The notes under the pieces were generated by a model, which had not been told where the DNA came from, made no database searches, and saw nothing but the letters and a program-made list of their open reading frames with translations. 64,000 nucleotides of DNA from Pirellulales bacterium. Lineage in GTDB: Bacteria; Planctomycetota; Planctomycetia; Pirellulales; UBA1268. Location: NCBI GenBank assembly GCA_044234625.1, contig JBIIIP010000002.1:13302-77301 (forward strand), in the 5' to 3' direction. Both the position numbers and the translations under genes were made by a program. Shown here one piece after another: positions 19,889-28,384 of this stretch. Position 1 is the stretch's first letter, and every line of letters begins with the position of its first letter.

Positions 19889-20815
19889 TCACCGCTGGTC
19901 GCGGAGCCAGGTGAGCAACACGCGGCCCACCACGCCCAATGATTCAGCGGAGCAGTGTTCGGGCGTGTCGAGCGTGGTGTGCCACTGGGGATAGTCGTAG
20001 TCGATGATGTCGCAGGCGGGGATGCGGGCGATCATCCGCAGGGGCAGATGGTCGTCTTCGATCCTGTATTTCGGCCGGGGCACGAACTGCCGCTCGCCGA
20101 GCCGCGCCGCCGTGCTCCAGATCTGCTCGATCACCGGTAGCGTTTCGGGCCAGGACACGCCATGCTGCTCCTGCCAGATCTCCAGGTTCTTGTCGGCCAC
20201 CATGTCGACGATCACACCGCAGCGGTAGCGATGCCGCGTGGAATCGGCTTTCTGGTCGGCCACGTATTGGCGGGCGAAGAAATTCGACCCCAGGCAGTAG
20301 GGATCGCGTGGCGCGACGACATATTCCTCGGCGTCGAAGAGGACGAAGTCGACGCCCACCCGCCCGGGCAACGCGGGCATGGCCCGGCCCAACTCCATGA
20401 GGAGCGCCACGCCGCTCGCCCCGTCGTTGGCGCCGAGGAACACCCCCCGCGGATCGACCGGGTCGCGGTCGGGAAAGGGCCGGGTGTCGTAGTGCGCGCC
20501 GATGAGCACGCGGTCTTTCCGCTCCGGATGCCAGGTGATGATCACGTTTTCCATGAGCACTGGCTGACCGCTGCGGCGGTCGCGGATCTGAAACGGCTGC
20601 AGCGCGACAGTAGCGCCGCCCTGACGAAAATGGTCGACGACGAGGGCCCGCTGCTTCTGCATGCCGGGTGAGCCGCTGGGCCGCGGCCCCAAGTCGCAGA
20701 TCGCTTCCAGGTGCCGCATGGCAGCCGCCCCGGAAAACCCTTCCGCCACCGGCTCGTCGCCACCGGCCGGCGCGGCGAGAACCATGGCCCCGATGATCAT
20801 CCACGCCCGATGCAC
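19889..20815 (-). CDS. M28-family metallopeptidase / glutaminyl-cyclase-like protein, secreted
   Basis: Metal-ligand blocks GAHYDT, GANDGASGVALLMEL and FVLFDAEE, with a signal-like N-terminus. The start (GTG at 20815 or ATG at 20800) is uncertain. Confidence 0.8.
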   Translation of the reverse strand: MHRAWMIIGAMVLAAPAGGDEPVAEGFSGAAAMRHLEAICDLGPRPSGSPGMQKQRALVVDHFRQGGATVALQPFQIRDRRSGQPVLMENVIITWHPERKDRVLIGAHYDTRPFPDRDPVDPRGVFLGANDGASGVALLMELGRAMPALPGRVGVDFVLFDAEEYVVAPRDPYCLGSNFFARQYVADQKADSTRHRYRCGVIVDMVADKNLEIWQEQHGVSWPETLPVIEQIWSTAARLGERQFVPRPKYRIEDDHLPLRMIARIPACDIIDYDYPQWHTTLDTPEHCSAESLGVVGRVLLTWLRDQR

Positions 20816-20939
20816 GTCCCTGCCTCCGTTCCATCGGCGCAGCAGCCGATGGAACGGAGTGTAGCGAATGCCCTACAATCCAGCCTTGCTGGATGCATCC
20901 CGTCCGGCTCGAACTTCCGGCACCGGCCCAGGACGGCTC

Positions 20940-22682
20940 ATGCCCAGGTTTCCCCTGCCAGCCTCGCTTCGCACCGTTGCGACCCTCGTCGCCCTCCTGC
21001 CAGCAGCACTGCATGCAGGGGGAGGACCGGAAAACCTGTTGCTCGTGGTGAATTCGACGAGCCCCGACAGCTTGGCAGTGGCCAATGCCTACGCCGCAAC
21101 CCGCGGCGTGCCGCCGATCAACGTGCTCATGCTGCCCTGGGAGGGAAGCAGGGAAAGCACGACGATCTCGGAATTCCGTGAGCGGCTGCTCATGCCGATC
21201 CTTCGGTCGATCGATGCCCGTGGCCTGGCCCCGCAGATCGACTGTATCGTCTATTCGTCCGACTTTCCGTGGCGGATCGACTTCATCGAGGAACTTCCGG
21301 CATTCCTCATCGGCAGGGATAAATTTCCCTCCGGCTCCCTGACGGGCATGACCATGCTCTACACCGCCACCCTGCAGCCATCCAGCGGCGGCATGCCGCC
21401 CTGGCTGGATGCGGGCAGCAACCGCTACGCGCAGCCCGTCGGCCCCGATGGCCTTCCACTGCCGACCCGTGGCTTCCGCGGATGGTATGGCTGGAGCCCG
21501 CGCGGCGACATCATGGAGTCGGGGGGCGTGCGGTATCTGCTCTCGGTGATGCTCGGCGTGACGGCGGGACGCGGCAACACGGTGGCCGAAGTCGTCGCCA
21601 GCCTGCGATCGGCCGCGGCGGCAGACGCCACCCGGCCGGAGGGGACGATCTATTTCATGACCAACAGCGACGTCCGCACCACGACCCGCAGCCGCAGCTT
21701 TCGCGCGGCTGTCGAGGCGCTGTGGGCGCTCGGCGTGAAGGCCGAGATCGTGCCCGGCAGCCTCCCGCAGAACAAAAGCGACGTGGCAGGGCTGATGGCC
21801 GGCATCCCCGACTTCAAGTGGTCGCAGAGCGGCAGCCGCATCGTGCCAGGAGCGATCTGCGAAAACCTCACCAGCTACAGCGCCGTCTTCACGCCGTCGG
21901 CGGGCCAGACGCCGCTCTCGGCCTTCATCCGCGCAGGGGCCGCCGGATCGAGCGGCACGATCATCGAACCCTTCTCCATCCAGGCGAAGTTTCCACATCC
22001 CGTCATTCATGTGCACTACGCCCGCGGGGCGTCGCTCGCCGAGGCGTTCTACCAATCGGTGACCTCGCCCTATCAGTTGCTCGTGGTGGGTGACCCGCTG
22101 TGCCAGCCGTGGGCGCGCATTCCGACCGTCGAGGTGGTGATGGCCAGGGATTCCACGCCGATCAAGCCCTTGGCCCCGCTTTCCGGCACGGTGGAACTCG
22201 AACCCCGTGCCACGCTGCCGGGCGACGGCATCGCCGACCGCTTCGAACTCTTCGTGGACGGCCTGCGAATCTCCTCGTGTAGCCTCGGTGAGCGGTTCAC
22301 GCTCGACACGGCCGAATTCGCCGATGGCCATCACGAGCTCCGGGTGGTGGCGATCGACGCCTCGCCGGTGGAGACCCAGGGCCGCTGGGTGCAGCAGGTG
22401 CTGTTCACCAACCGCGGCCGCAGCATCACGCTCGAGGCCGCGCCGCGGCGGGTGAAGGTCGACGGCACGGTGCGGTTGCGCGTGATGGGACCGGAGATTG
22501 AGGGCGCCGTCGTTTTCACGATGGGCCGCGTCATCGGCCGCACGGCAGGCAGTGAATCATCGATCGACGTTCCCGCCGAGACTCTCGGCCGCGGGCCGGT
22601 CACGATCCGCGCCACAGGCCGCACGGCCGCGGGCCGGGAGAGCAGCGTCAACGCCGTGCCGGTGACGATCGAAGTGGAGTGA
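20940..22682 (+). CDS. secreted hypothetical protein (N-terminal region reminiscent of the TIGR03790 family; C-terminal Ig-like repeats)
   Basis: The signal peptide MPRFPLPASLRTVATLVALLPAALHA starts at the second ATG. LLLVVNSTSPDSLAVANAYAATRGVPPINV is a pattern I associate with TIGR03790, but I could not check this. Confidence 0.6.
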   Translation: MPRFPLPASLRTVATLVALLPAALHAGGGPENLLLVVNSTSPDSLAVANAYAATRGVPPINVLMLPWEGSRESTTISEFRERLLMPILRSIDARGLAPQIDCIVYSSDFPWRIDFIEELPAFLIGRDKFPSGSLTGMTMLYTATLQPSSGGMPPWLDAGSNRYAQPVGPDGLPLPTRGFRGWYGWSPRGDIMESGGVRYLLSVMLGVTAGRGNTVAEVVASLRSAAAADATRPEGTIYFMTNSDVRTTTRSRSFRAAVEALWALGVKAEIVPGSLPQNKSDVAGLMAGIPDFKWSQSGSRIVPGAICENLTSYSAVFTPSAGQTPLSAFIRAGAAGSSGTIIEPFSIQAKFPHPVIHVHYARGASLAEAFYQSVTSPYQLLVVGDPLCQPWARIPTVEVVMARDSTPIKPLAPLSGTVELEPRATLPGDGIADRFELFVDGLRISSCSLGERFTLDTAEFADGHHELRVVAIDASPVETQGRWVQQVLFTNRGRSITLEAAPRRVKVDGTVRLRVMGPEIEGAVVFTMGRVIGRTAGSESSIDVPAETLGRGPVTIRATGRTAAGRESSVNAVPVTIEVE

Positions 22683-22706
22683 AGCGGGCAGGCAACCGTC
22701 GCCCCT

Positions 22707-22903
22707 CACACGGCTCCCACTTGAACCTCGCGAGTTTCGCTGGTCGGGAACGCCCAGCCCCGTCGCCGGACGTTCGCGGATGCCTTCGTGGCATCCGCTC
22801 ACTGCGTGTCCGCTGCGCTTCGGCATCCTCCTTACGCTTGCTCCCACAGCCCGGCTCTCAGGGCATGGGCATCCCCTCCCCCGGTCTGGTTCGCGGGGAA
22901 GCG
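22707..22903 (+). repeat. dispersed structured intergenic repeat, copy A (~197 nt)
   Basis: It aligns by hand to the reverse complement of 35891..36086 with about 14 mismatches and no gaps. It contains a 9-bp hairpin gcggatgcc-ttcgt-ggcatccgc (22776-22798). It fills most of the gap between two convergent genes. Confidence 0.9.
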
Positions 22904-22932
22904 TTTCGCGCGAGGCTCAAGTGTGATCCGTA

Positions 22933-23601
22933 TCACACGAAGCAGGCGTCATGGCCGGTCTCACGCAGATGGCCGGTGTCGTTGAACGACACGAGCCGCG
23001 GCCCGGGCCACGTGACGTGGGTCACGGAACAGTTAGCCAGCGCCGGCAATTTCGTGAACGGCCGCTCGGCGGCGGCGGCCAGCATCGGGTGCGACCGCCC
23101 CACGAGGCTGCCCAGCGCCGCGGTGAGAATTCCCCCGTGGGCCACGACGACCATTCCGCGCACGGGCCGGGCAGCCAGCGACTCCAGCGCCCTGCGGCCA
23201 CGGTCGGCCAATTCGGCACGCGATTCACCGCCAGGGATGCGGTAGTCGACATCGCCGCTCCGCCACCGGGCTACCTCCTCCGGAAAACGCGCCTCGAGGT
23301 CGGCCCACAGGTGCCCCTGGAAGATTCCCGCATGCAGCTCGCGCAGTTCCGCGTCGATCCGCAGCGGCAGATCGAGCACCGCGGCGATCCGGGCGGCGGT
23401 TTCCCGTGCCCGTCGCAGGGGGCTCGACCAGATCTCGTCGATCGTCTCCCGGGCGGCGAGCCCGCGGATCCAGTCGGCCACGCCTTCCGCCTGCCGCACG
23501 CCGAGCGTGGAAAGCTCGACATCCTCCTGGCCCTGCACGCGGCCTTCCCGGTTGGAGACGCTTTCGCCGTGGCGGATCAGATACTGCTGCATGGGGAGCA
23601 T
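22933..23601 (-). CDS. histidine phosphatase family protein (phosphoglycerate-mutase-like)
   Basis: RHG motif YLIRHGESVSN, SSPLRRARETA and VVVAHGGIL. The ATG at 23601 (MLPMQQYLIRHGE) is preferred over the track start at 23739. Confidence 0.85.
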   Translation of the reverse strand: MLPMQQYLIRHGESVSNREGRVQGQEDVELSTLGVRQAEGVADWIRGLAARETIDEIWSSPLRRARETAARIAAVLDLPLRIDAELRELHAGIFQGHLWADLEARFPEEVARWRSGDVDYRIPGGESRAELADRGRRALESLAARPVRGMVVVAHGGILTAALGSLVGRSHPMLAAAAERPFTKLPALANCSVTHVTWPGPRLVSFNDTGHLRETGHDACFV

Positions 23602-23745
23602 GCTACCGCGCCACGGAGGCGGACAATCCCTCAGCGATATGTCCCAGGAAAGCGGCGGCAGGATCGTGGCAGATGGCTGCGCCCCATGGGTGGTGCACGG
23701 CCATTCCCTTCCGTTATCCACTCCCGGCCGCAGCGCCACAGCACA

Positions 23746-24372
23746 TCATTCCGACGCCCGCTCTGCGCCTACGCAGGCAGACGTCCATGTCGCAACTTCA
23801 TCGATGGCAGCGTTATTTTCAGCATATGCCTGCTGAATGTTCCGCCGACGCTCTTCGAACGAAAAAGACGAACCGGTCTTCGGATTGATCTCCCAGGCCG
23901 GATGCGAGAACTTTTCCGCGCGCCTGGGTTCTTCGTGCGAAACGACGTCGGCAAGTCGATCGAGAAGCAGGCTCCTCGAGGCTCCCACCTCATCAAAATC
24001 AATAATGAGAAGGTCTTCGAGGCGGCTGGCCATTTTGCTCAACACGGCCCACTTTAACCCTGCCGCCCACCGAGGCATGGAAAAATCCAGTCGCTCGATT
24101 GGAAACTCACTGCGTTTGGCAAACGTCGGAGGTTCTCCCTGATTGAAAAATATGTTGCGTTCGGCTGCTGCAGAGGAAAGAGCATGGTTGATAAAGTTTT
24201 TGGCCACTGTGGTCACAAAAGTGATTTTCGAAGCCGGGCTGCTCTCGGATAGAGTGTGGGCCAAGATGATCGAGAGGGAGGTGTGCTTGATGACCACACC
24301 CCGACGAAACCGTGCCCAGCGGTTCACGAGCGCATTCGCGAGATCACCGCGAAGCACCCCAGGCGTTATCAC
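23746..24372 (-). CDS. hypothetical protein (208 aa), low G+C, function unknown
   Basis: This is the distal part of track ORF 23746..24702. A GTG at 24372 overlaps the ATP-grasp stop (GTGA). The sequence is AT-richer and non-repetitive (…NIFFNQGEPPTFAKRSEFPIERLDFSMPRW…LLIIDFDEVG…). The tail is loosely sulfotransferase-like, but I cannot support that call. Confidence 0.55.
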   Translation of the reverse strand: MITPGVLRGDLANALVNRWARFRRGVVIKHTSLSIILAHTLSESSPASKITFVTTVAKNFINHALSSAAAERNIFFNQGEPPTFAKRSEFPIERLDFSMPRWAAGLKWAVLSKMASRLEDLLIIDFDEVGASRSLLLDRLADVVSHEEPRRAEKFSHPAWEINPKTGSSFSFEERRRNIQQAYAENNAAIDEVATWTSACVGAERASE

Positions 24373-25670
24373 GCAGGCGTCGTATCGACATACGCTGCGG
24401 CGAGGGCGGGGGTTGGGCGGATGGCTTTGGCCGCGACGGCGGCCACCGCCGGCGTCTCCCCGGCCGCCGACCGCAACACATTGTTGCCCGAGACCCGCGC
24501 CTGGGTGACGCGCACGCCGAGGGCTGCGGAACACTCGGCCACCCATCCGACGTAACGATTCACGTCGTTCACGCCGTACGCAGCGAGATGATCTTCGACG
24601 CTGTCGTGCGGAGGCCCCGGAGGGATCCCTGCCTGTGCGGCATTGTGCCGAAAGACAGCCCCCACGCAATTGATCGGCACTCCGCGAGTCGGAAACGAGC
24701 ACGCCGTGATGTCGCTATGGGAGTTGACTTCACAGACGGCGTGCGGCTGGCTTGCGAGCGGCTGCCGATGATCCTGCAGGAGCAGGTCAACGCCATAGTG
24801 CCCCAGCCCACCCACCGCTTCCGCAACATCGACGGCGAACGTCGTGATCGACGTGTCAGTCTCCGTCACTCGCTCATGATACTCGCCGCCCAGGGAGACG
24901 TTCGCAGCTTCATTGAGCAGCACGACCGTCCCCTGGCGTGGAATGCTCTCCCATGACAAACCCTGCTGGTGGATGGTGGTCGCGATGATGGGGTTCTCCG
25001 CCTGGAGCAGCGCGAAACGATATCGCGGATGGGTCAGCCGCTTGGCATTCTTCTGCTCGATCAACTGGCGGATGGTAGACGCCCCATTCCCCACGGCCCG
25101 AGCGGAGACCCTTTCGACAACCGAGAGCACCTGCCCGTTGCACACCAGCACGCGGTAGTCACGGCCGGGAACGTATTCTTCGACGCGAAAAGACTCGCCC
25201 TTGCGCAACTGCGCATGCGCTTTTCGCAGGTCTTCGGCGGTCTCCAGCCCAACGCTCACCGCGCGACCGCTGCCTCCCTCGAGCGGCTTGAGAACTCCCT
25301 TGCCCTGCAGCCGCCCCAGAAATTCATTCGCTGCGGCGATGTCGGAATACTGGAACGAGGCACCAAAGGGAATGCGGATGCCTGCCTGCTGCAGCACGAG
25401 GCTCGTCAAATGCTTGTTGCTGCAGACAGCCGACGCCCACCGCGAAGTGAAATTCGAGCCGGTCATGAAGAATCCCAGCCTGGTCTTTGCGGAGAGTGAA
25501 GCGGCGGAAAAGAAGAGCGGCGAGAACCGGCTCGTCCTCATTCGCGCGCGGATCGCTTCGCTTTGCAGCAACATGCTGCCAAACGGCCGTGCCTCGAAGT
25601 AATCCGCTTCAGGCCACGAGTAGTGATTGTCTCCGTTTGGCTGCCGTGTCACACGGTGGGGGTAATTCAT
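24369..25670 (-). CDS. stand-alone ATP-grasp ligase resembling the cyanophycin-synthetase G domain / RimK type, with a ~100-aa C-terminal extension
   Basis: CSNKHLTSLVLQQAGIRIPFG, LKPLEGGSGRAVSVG, VEEYVPGRDYRVLVCNGQVLSVVER, VGNGASTIRQLIE, LLNEAANVSLGGEYHERVTETD, VCEVNSHSD. The order and spacing match what I recall for CphA residues ~170-470. Confidence 0.8.
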   Translation of the reverse strand: MNYPHRVTRQPNGDNHYSWPEADYFEARPFGSMLLQSEAIRARMRTSRFSPLFFSAASLSAKTRLGFFMTGSNFTSRWASAVCSNKHLTSLVLQQAGIRIPFGASFQYSDIAAANEFLGRLQGKGVLKPLEGGSGRAVSVGLETAEDLRKAHAQLRKGESFRVEEYVPGRDYRVLVCNGQVLSVVERVSARAVGNGASTIRQLIEQKNAKRLTHPRYRFALLQAENPIIATTIHQQGLSWESIPRQGTVVLLNEAANVSLGGEYHERVTETDTSITTFAVDVAEAVGGLGHYGVDLLLQDHRQPLASQPHAVCEVNSHSDITACSFPTRGVPINCVGAVFRHNAAQAGIPPGPPHDSVEDHLAAYGVNDVNRYVGWVAECSAALGVRVTQARVSGNNVLRSAAGETPAVAAVAAKAIRPTPALAAAYVDTTPA

Positions 25671-26155
25671 GCGGGAGTTGCTCTCGCCCGAATACTTTTC
25701 AACGGCTTGACGACACGGCTCGCGGTGGCGCCACCGACCTGATGGTGTTCACACCGGGGCTGACCGCCGACGAATGGCTCCGGCTCTCCTTGCTCAGATC
25801 GGACTATCCTACTCGCTTCCGCGTCGCGGAACCGGACAATCCCTCGGCGACCTGCGCCGACGCCACGCAAGCGCCACCACAGGGGGAAGGAGGGCGATTG
25901 ACGCCCCGACTCTATTCGCCCCGCAAGCACGGGCGCGCGGCTCACGAGCCGCTCATCAGCCGAAAAATGATTGCGGAAGAGCCATTGACCGGGCTGCCCT
26001 TCGCTGCGTCGCCGTGGTGGGCATGCGTGCACTCTGCTCCGATGGTGGTATGATATGGCGGATTGCTGCAGCCACGTTCGGGAACCGGGCCCGCGAATTT
26101 TCCGTCTGATACGATCCCGTTCCGTGCTTCTGCGTGATTGCTCCGGGGCCCCGCC

Positions 26156-26578
26156 ATGACCGCCGCGCTCGTCGCCAACGACCGCATCGCCGCGGAGGAT
26201 TTTGCCGGGGAGGTCGTCCTCATCGACATCGAGAAGGGGATTTACTTCAGCATCCAGGGGCTGGCCGTCGACCTGTGGCGGTCGTTCACCGAGCCGAGAC
26301 AGCCGGATGCCGTGCTCGACCAGTTCGTGGCCCACGGCGCGGATCGTGCCGTGCTCGCAGGCGCGCTCGACGAGTTGCTGCGAAACGAGCTCCTGTGCGA
26401 GACCAGCGCACTTCCCGTCACCGGACCGGTGTGCTCCATGCCGGCTGCGGGCTTCGCCGCGCCGGTCGTCGCGGTGTTCTCCGACCTCGCCGAATTGATC
26501 GCGATCGATCCGGTGCACGAAGTCGACGCCTCGGCCGGCTGGCCCCTGCGGCAGGCTAACTTCCCAGATGTCTCGTGA
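26156..26578 (+). CDS. PqqD-family (RiPP-recognition-element-like) protein
   Basis: The core AAEDFAGEVVLIDIEKGIYFSIQGLAVDLWRSFTEPRQPDAVLDQFV...LDELLRNELL fits the PqqD pattern (e.vlld...g.y..LN..g..iW..l....t..ei...l). The ATG at 26156 is preferred over the TTG at 26138. Confidence 0.75.
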   Translation: MTAALVANDRIAAEDFAGEVVLIDIEKGIYFSIQGLAVDLWRSFTEPRQPDAVLDQFVAHGADRAVLAGALDELLRNELLCETSALPVTGPVCSMPAAGFAAPVVAVFSDLAELIAIDPVHEVDASAGWPLRQANFPDVS

Positions 26579-27644
26579 TGCTGCCATAGCCCGCCCCGAT
26601 GCCGAGGCGGTGCACGCCAAGTCGACCAACTCCATCCTCGCCCTGCTCGACGAGGGTGAGCGGATCGCGACTCGAGCCCAGGTCTTCGGTCGTTCGTTCC
26701 TCGTCGGCGGCAGCGCGGGCAGCATCATCTCCAACGACGGGCCGCTCGCGGCGCGGCTGACCCGCTGCCTCGTGCCCGCAGAGGGAGGGCGTACGCCCGC
26801 GTTCAAGATTGCGCTCGTGAGCGGCTGCGCCACACCAGGCATCGCTCCGCCGCCGTGGAACCTGCCACACACGAGCCCGCGGCATCTCGAGCGTCTCCAC
26901 CTCGACGATGCGCGAGGCCTGCGGGCGTTCTACGATCACGACCGTCGGTTCTGGTCGATCGGCGACGTGGCCAGTCAGCGCGGGCTCTTCTGGATCGCAG
27001 ATGCGGCCGATGCGCCCGTGTGGGAGGAGGCGGCCCCCTTCAAGACGATCCTCAACTGGCTCTTTGCCACGTCATCTGCGACGTTTCTCCACGGGGGCGT
27101 CGTCGCGCACGCGGGCCGCGGGGTGCTGCTCGCCGGACCGGGCGGCTCAGGGAAGTCGACCACGGTGATGGCGGCCGTCGCCGCGGGCCTCGGCACCTGC
27201 GGCGACGATCTCGTCGTCGTCGACGAGGCCGGGGGGTTCACCGCACACGCTGCGTACGACGCGGTGAAGTTCTTCCCAGCGGCGGGCAATCACGTGCCGC
27301 GGCTCTTCGCCCACGGCCCGGTTCGACCCTGCGGTGACAAACTGCTCGTGCGGTATTCCGACGTCGCGCCGGAACGCTTCCTTCGCCAGACGCCGCTCGC
27401 GGCCCTCGCGCAGTGCGTGCTCCTCGGAGATGCGACCACGACGATCACACCGCTCGACCCGGGCGCGATGCTGCGGGCTGTCGGCCCGCCAACGGCTTTT
27501 CTGCTCCGCGGTGCGGAGCGTGACACGCTTCGCAAGGCGTCGGCCGCGGTGCGAGGGCTGCCCACCTTCAGGCTCGCGCTCGGTAGCAATCCGGCGGAGG
27601 CTGCGGAAGCAATCGGCCGCTGGCTCGAGGCGGGCCCCTCATGA
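26568..27644 (+). CDS. HPr-kinase-like (HprK-related) P-loop serine kinase homologue
   Basis: FLHGGVVAHAGRGVLLAGPGGSGKSTTVMAAVAAGLGTCGDDLVVV matches the HprK C-terminal-domain arrangement (hg..v...g.GvLi.G.sG.GKS..al.L...G..lv.DD). Its start overlaps the PqqD-like gene by 11 nt. Confidence 0.8.
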   Translation: MSRDAAIARPDAEAVHAKSTNSILALLDEGERIATRAQVFGRSFLVGGSAGSIISNDGPLAARLTRCLVPAEGGRTPAFKIALVSGCATPGIAPPPWNLPHTSPRHLERLHLDDARGLRAFYDHDRRFWSIGDVASQRGLFWIADAADAPVWEEAAPFKTILNWLFATSSATFLHGGVVAHAGRGVLLAGPGGSGKSTTVMAAVAAGLGTCGDDLVVVDEAGGFTAHAAYDAVKFFPAAGNHVPRLFAHGPVRPCGDKLLVRYSDVAPERFLRQTPLAALAQCVLLGDATTTITPLDPGAMLRAVGPPTAFLLRGAERDTLRKASAAVRGLPTFRLALGSNPAEAAEAIGRWLEAGPS

Positions 27645-28384
27645 GAGGTGCCGTCTCGGTGATCATGCCGTGTCGCAATGCAGGCCGCTACGTCGATGCC
27701 GCCCTTCACTCGGTGTGGCGGCAGGATGTGCCGGTGCACGAGGTGGTGATCGCCGACTGTGGATCGGAGGACGACTCGGCGGTCGTGGCCCGCCGACATG
27801 CGGCCGCGGGCCGGCCGATCCGGCTCGTCGAGGCCGGACCCCTTACGCCGGCTGCCGCCCGGAACGCCGCGCTTGCGGCTGCGACCGGAGATACGATCGC
27901 GTTTCTCGATGCCGACGATCTCTGGCCGCCAGGCAAGCTCTCGCGCCAGCTCGGCCGCCTGGGCAACGCTCCGCGCGTGGAGATGGTGAGCGGCTATGTC
28001 CGCTACTTTGAGACAGCCGCCGCGTCGGGCCTCGAACCCGCCGCCGACAGCCGGACCGAGACGATTTTTCACGTGCATCTGGGAACCTGCCTCTACCGCC
28101 GCCACGTCTTTGAGCGTGTGGGCGGAGCATTCGACGATGACTTCCTCTACGCGGAGGACGTCGACCTCCTGCTCCGCGTGCGCGAGGCTGGCATCCCGTT
28201 CACGATTCTCAGGAGCGTCGAGCTCTTCTATCGCCGGCACCCTGCATCGCTCATGGCGGCCGGGAATCCTCGAAAACAGTCCGACTTCCGGCTGGCGGCG
28301 CACAAGTCGATCGGCCGGCGGCGCGCGACCGGAACTCTCGCGACACCCCTGCGTGACTTCGCGCACTACGTGGAGCCTTCATGA
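27641..28384 (+). CDS. family-2 glycosyltransferase
   Basis: VSVIMPCRNAGRYVDAALHSVWRQ...VVIADCGSEDDS...AARNAALAAATGDTIAFLDADDLW (DxD). The start overlaps the upstream stop (ATGA). Confidence 0.85.
   Translation: MRGAVSVIMPCRNAGRYVDAALHSVWRQDVPVHEVVIADCGSEDDSAVVARRHAAAGRPIRLVEAGPLTPAAARNAALAAATGDTIAFLDADDLWPPGKLSRQLGRLGNAPRVEMVSGYVRYFETAAASGLEPAADSRTETIFHVHLGTCLYRRHVFERVGGAFDDDFLYAEDVDLLLRVREAGIPFTILRSVELFYRRHPASLMAAGNPRKQSDFRLAAHKSIGRRRATGTLATPLRDFAHYVEPS

Noticed and set aside
19944-22334. 796-aa reverse-strand ORF
   Set aside because: It spans two divergently oriented genes with good motifs (the M28 peptidase on the reverse strand in another frame, and a secreted protein on the + strand). 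The sequence is Arg/His/Gly-rich low complexity.
22557-22847. Conserved peptide-like frame inside both repeat copies (M[PS]KRSGHAVSGCHEGIRERPATGLGVPDQRN...)
   Set aside because: Differences between the copies are mostly non-synonymous in this frame (P/S, S/A, S/I, V/M). The AGGAGG in copy A abuts the ATG with zero spacing and is absent from copy B. In copy B the frame simply reads through into usp. The similarity is better explained at the nucleotide/RNA-structure level.
25667-26872. 401-aa reverse-strand ORF covering the island spacer and the start of the PqqD operon
   Set aside because: It is antisense to the PqqD-like and HprK-like frames, Arg-rich, and has no recognisable domain.
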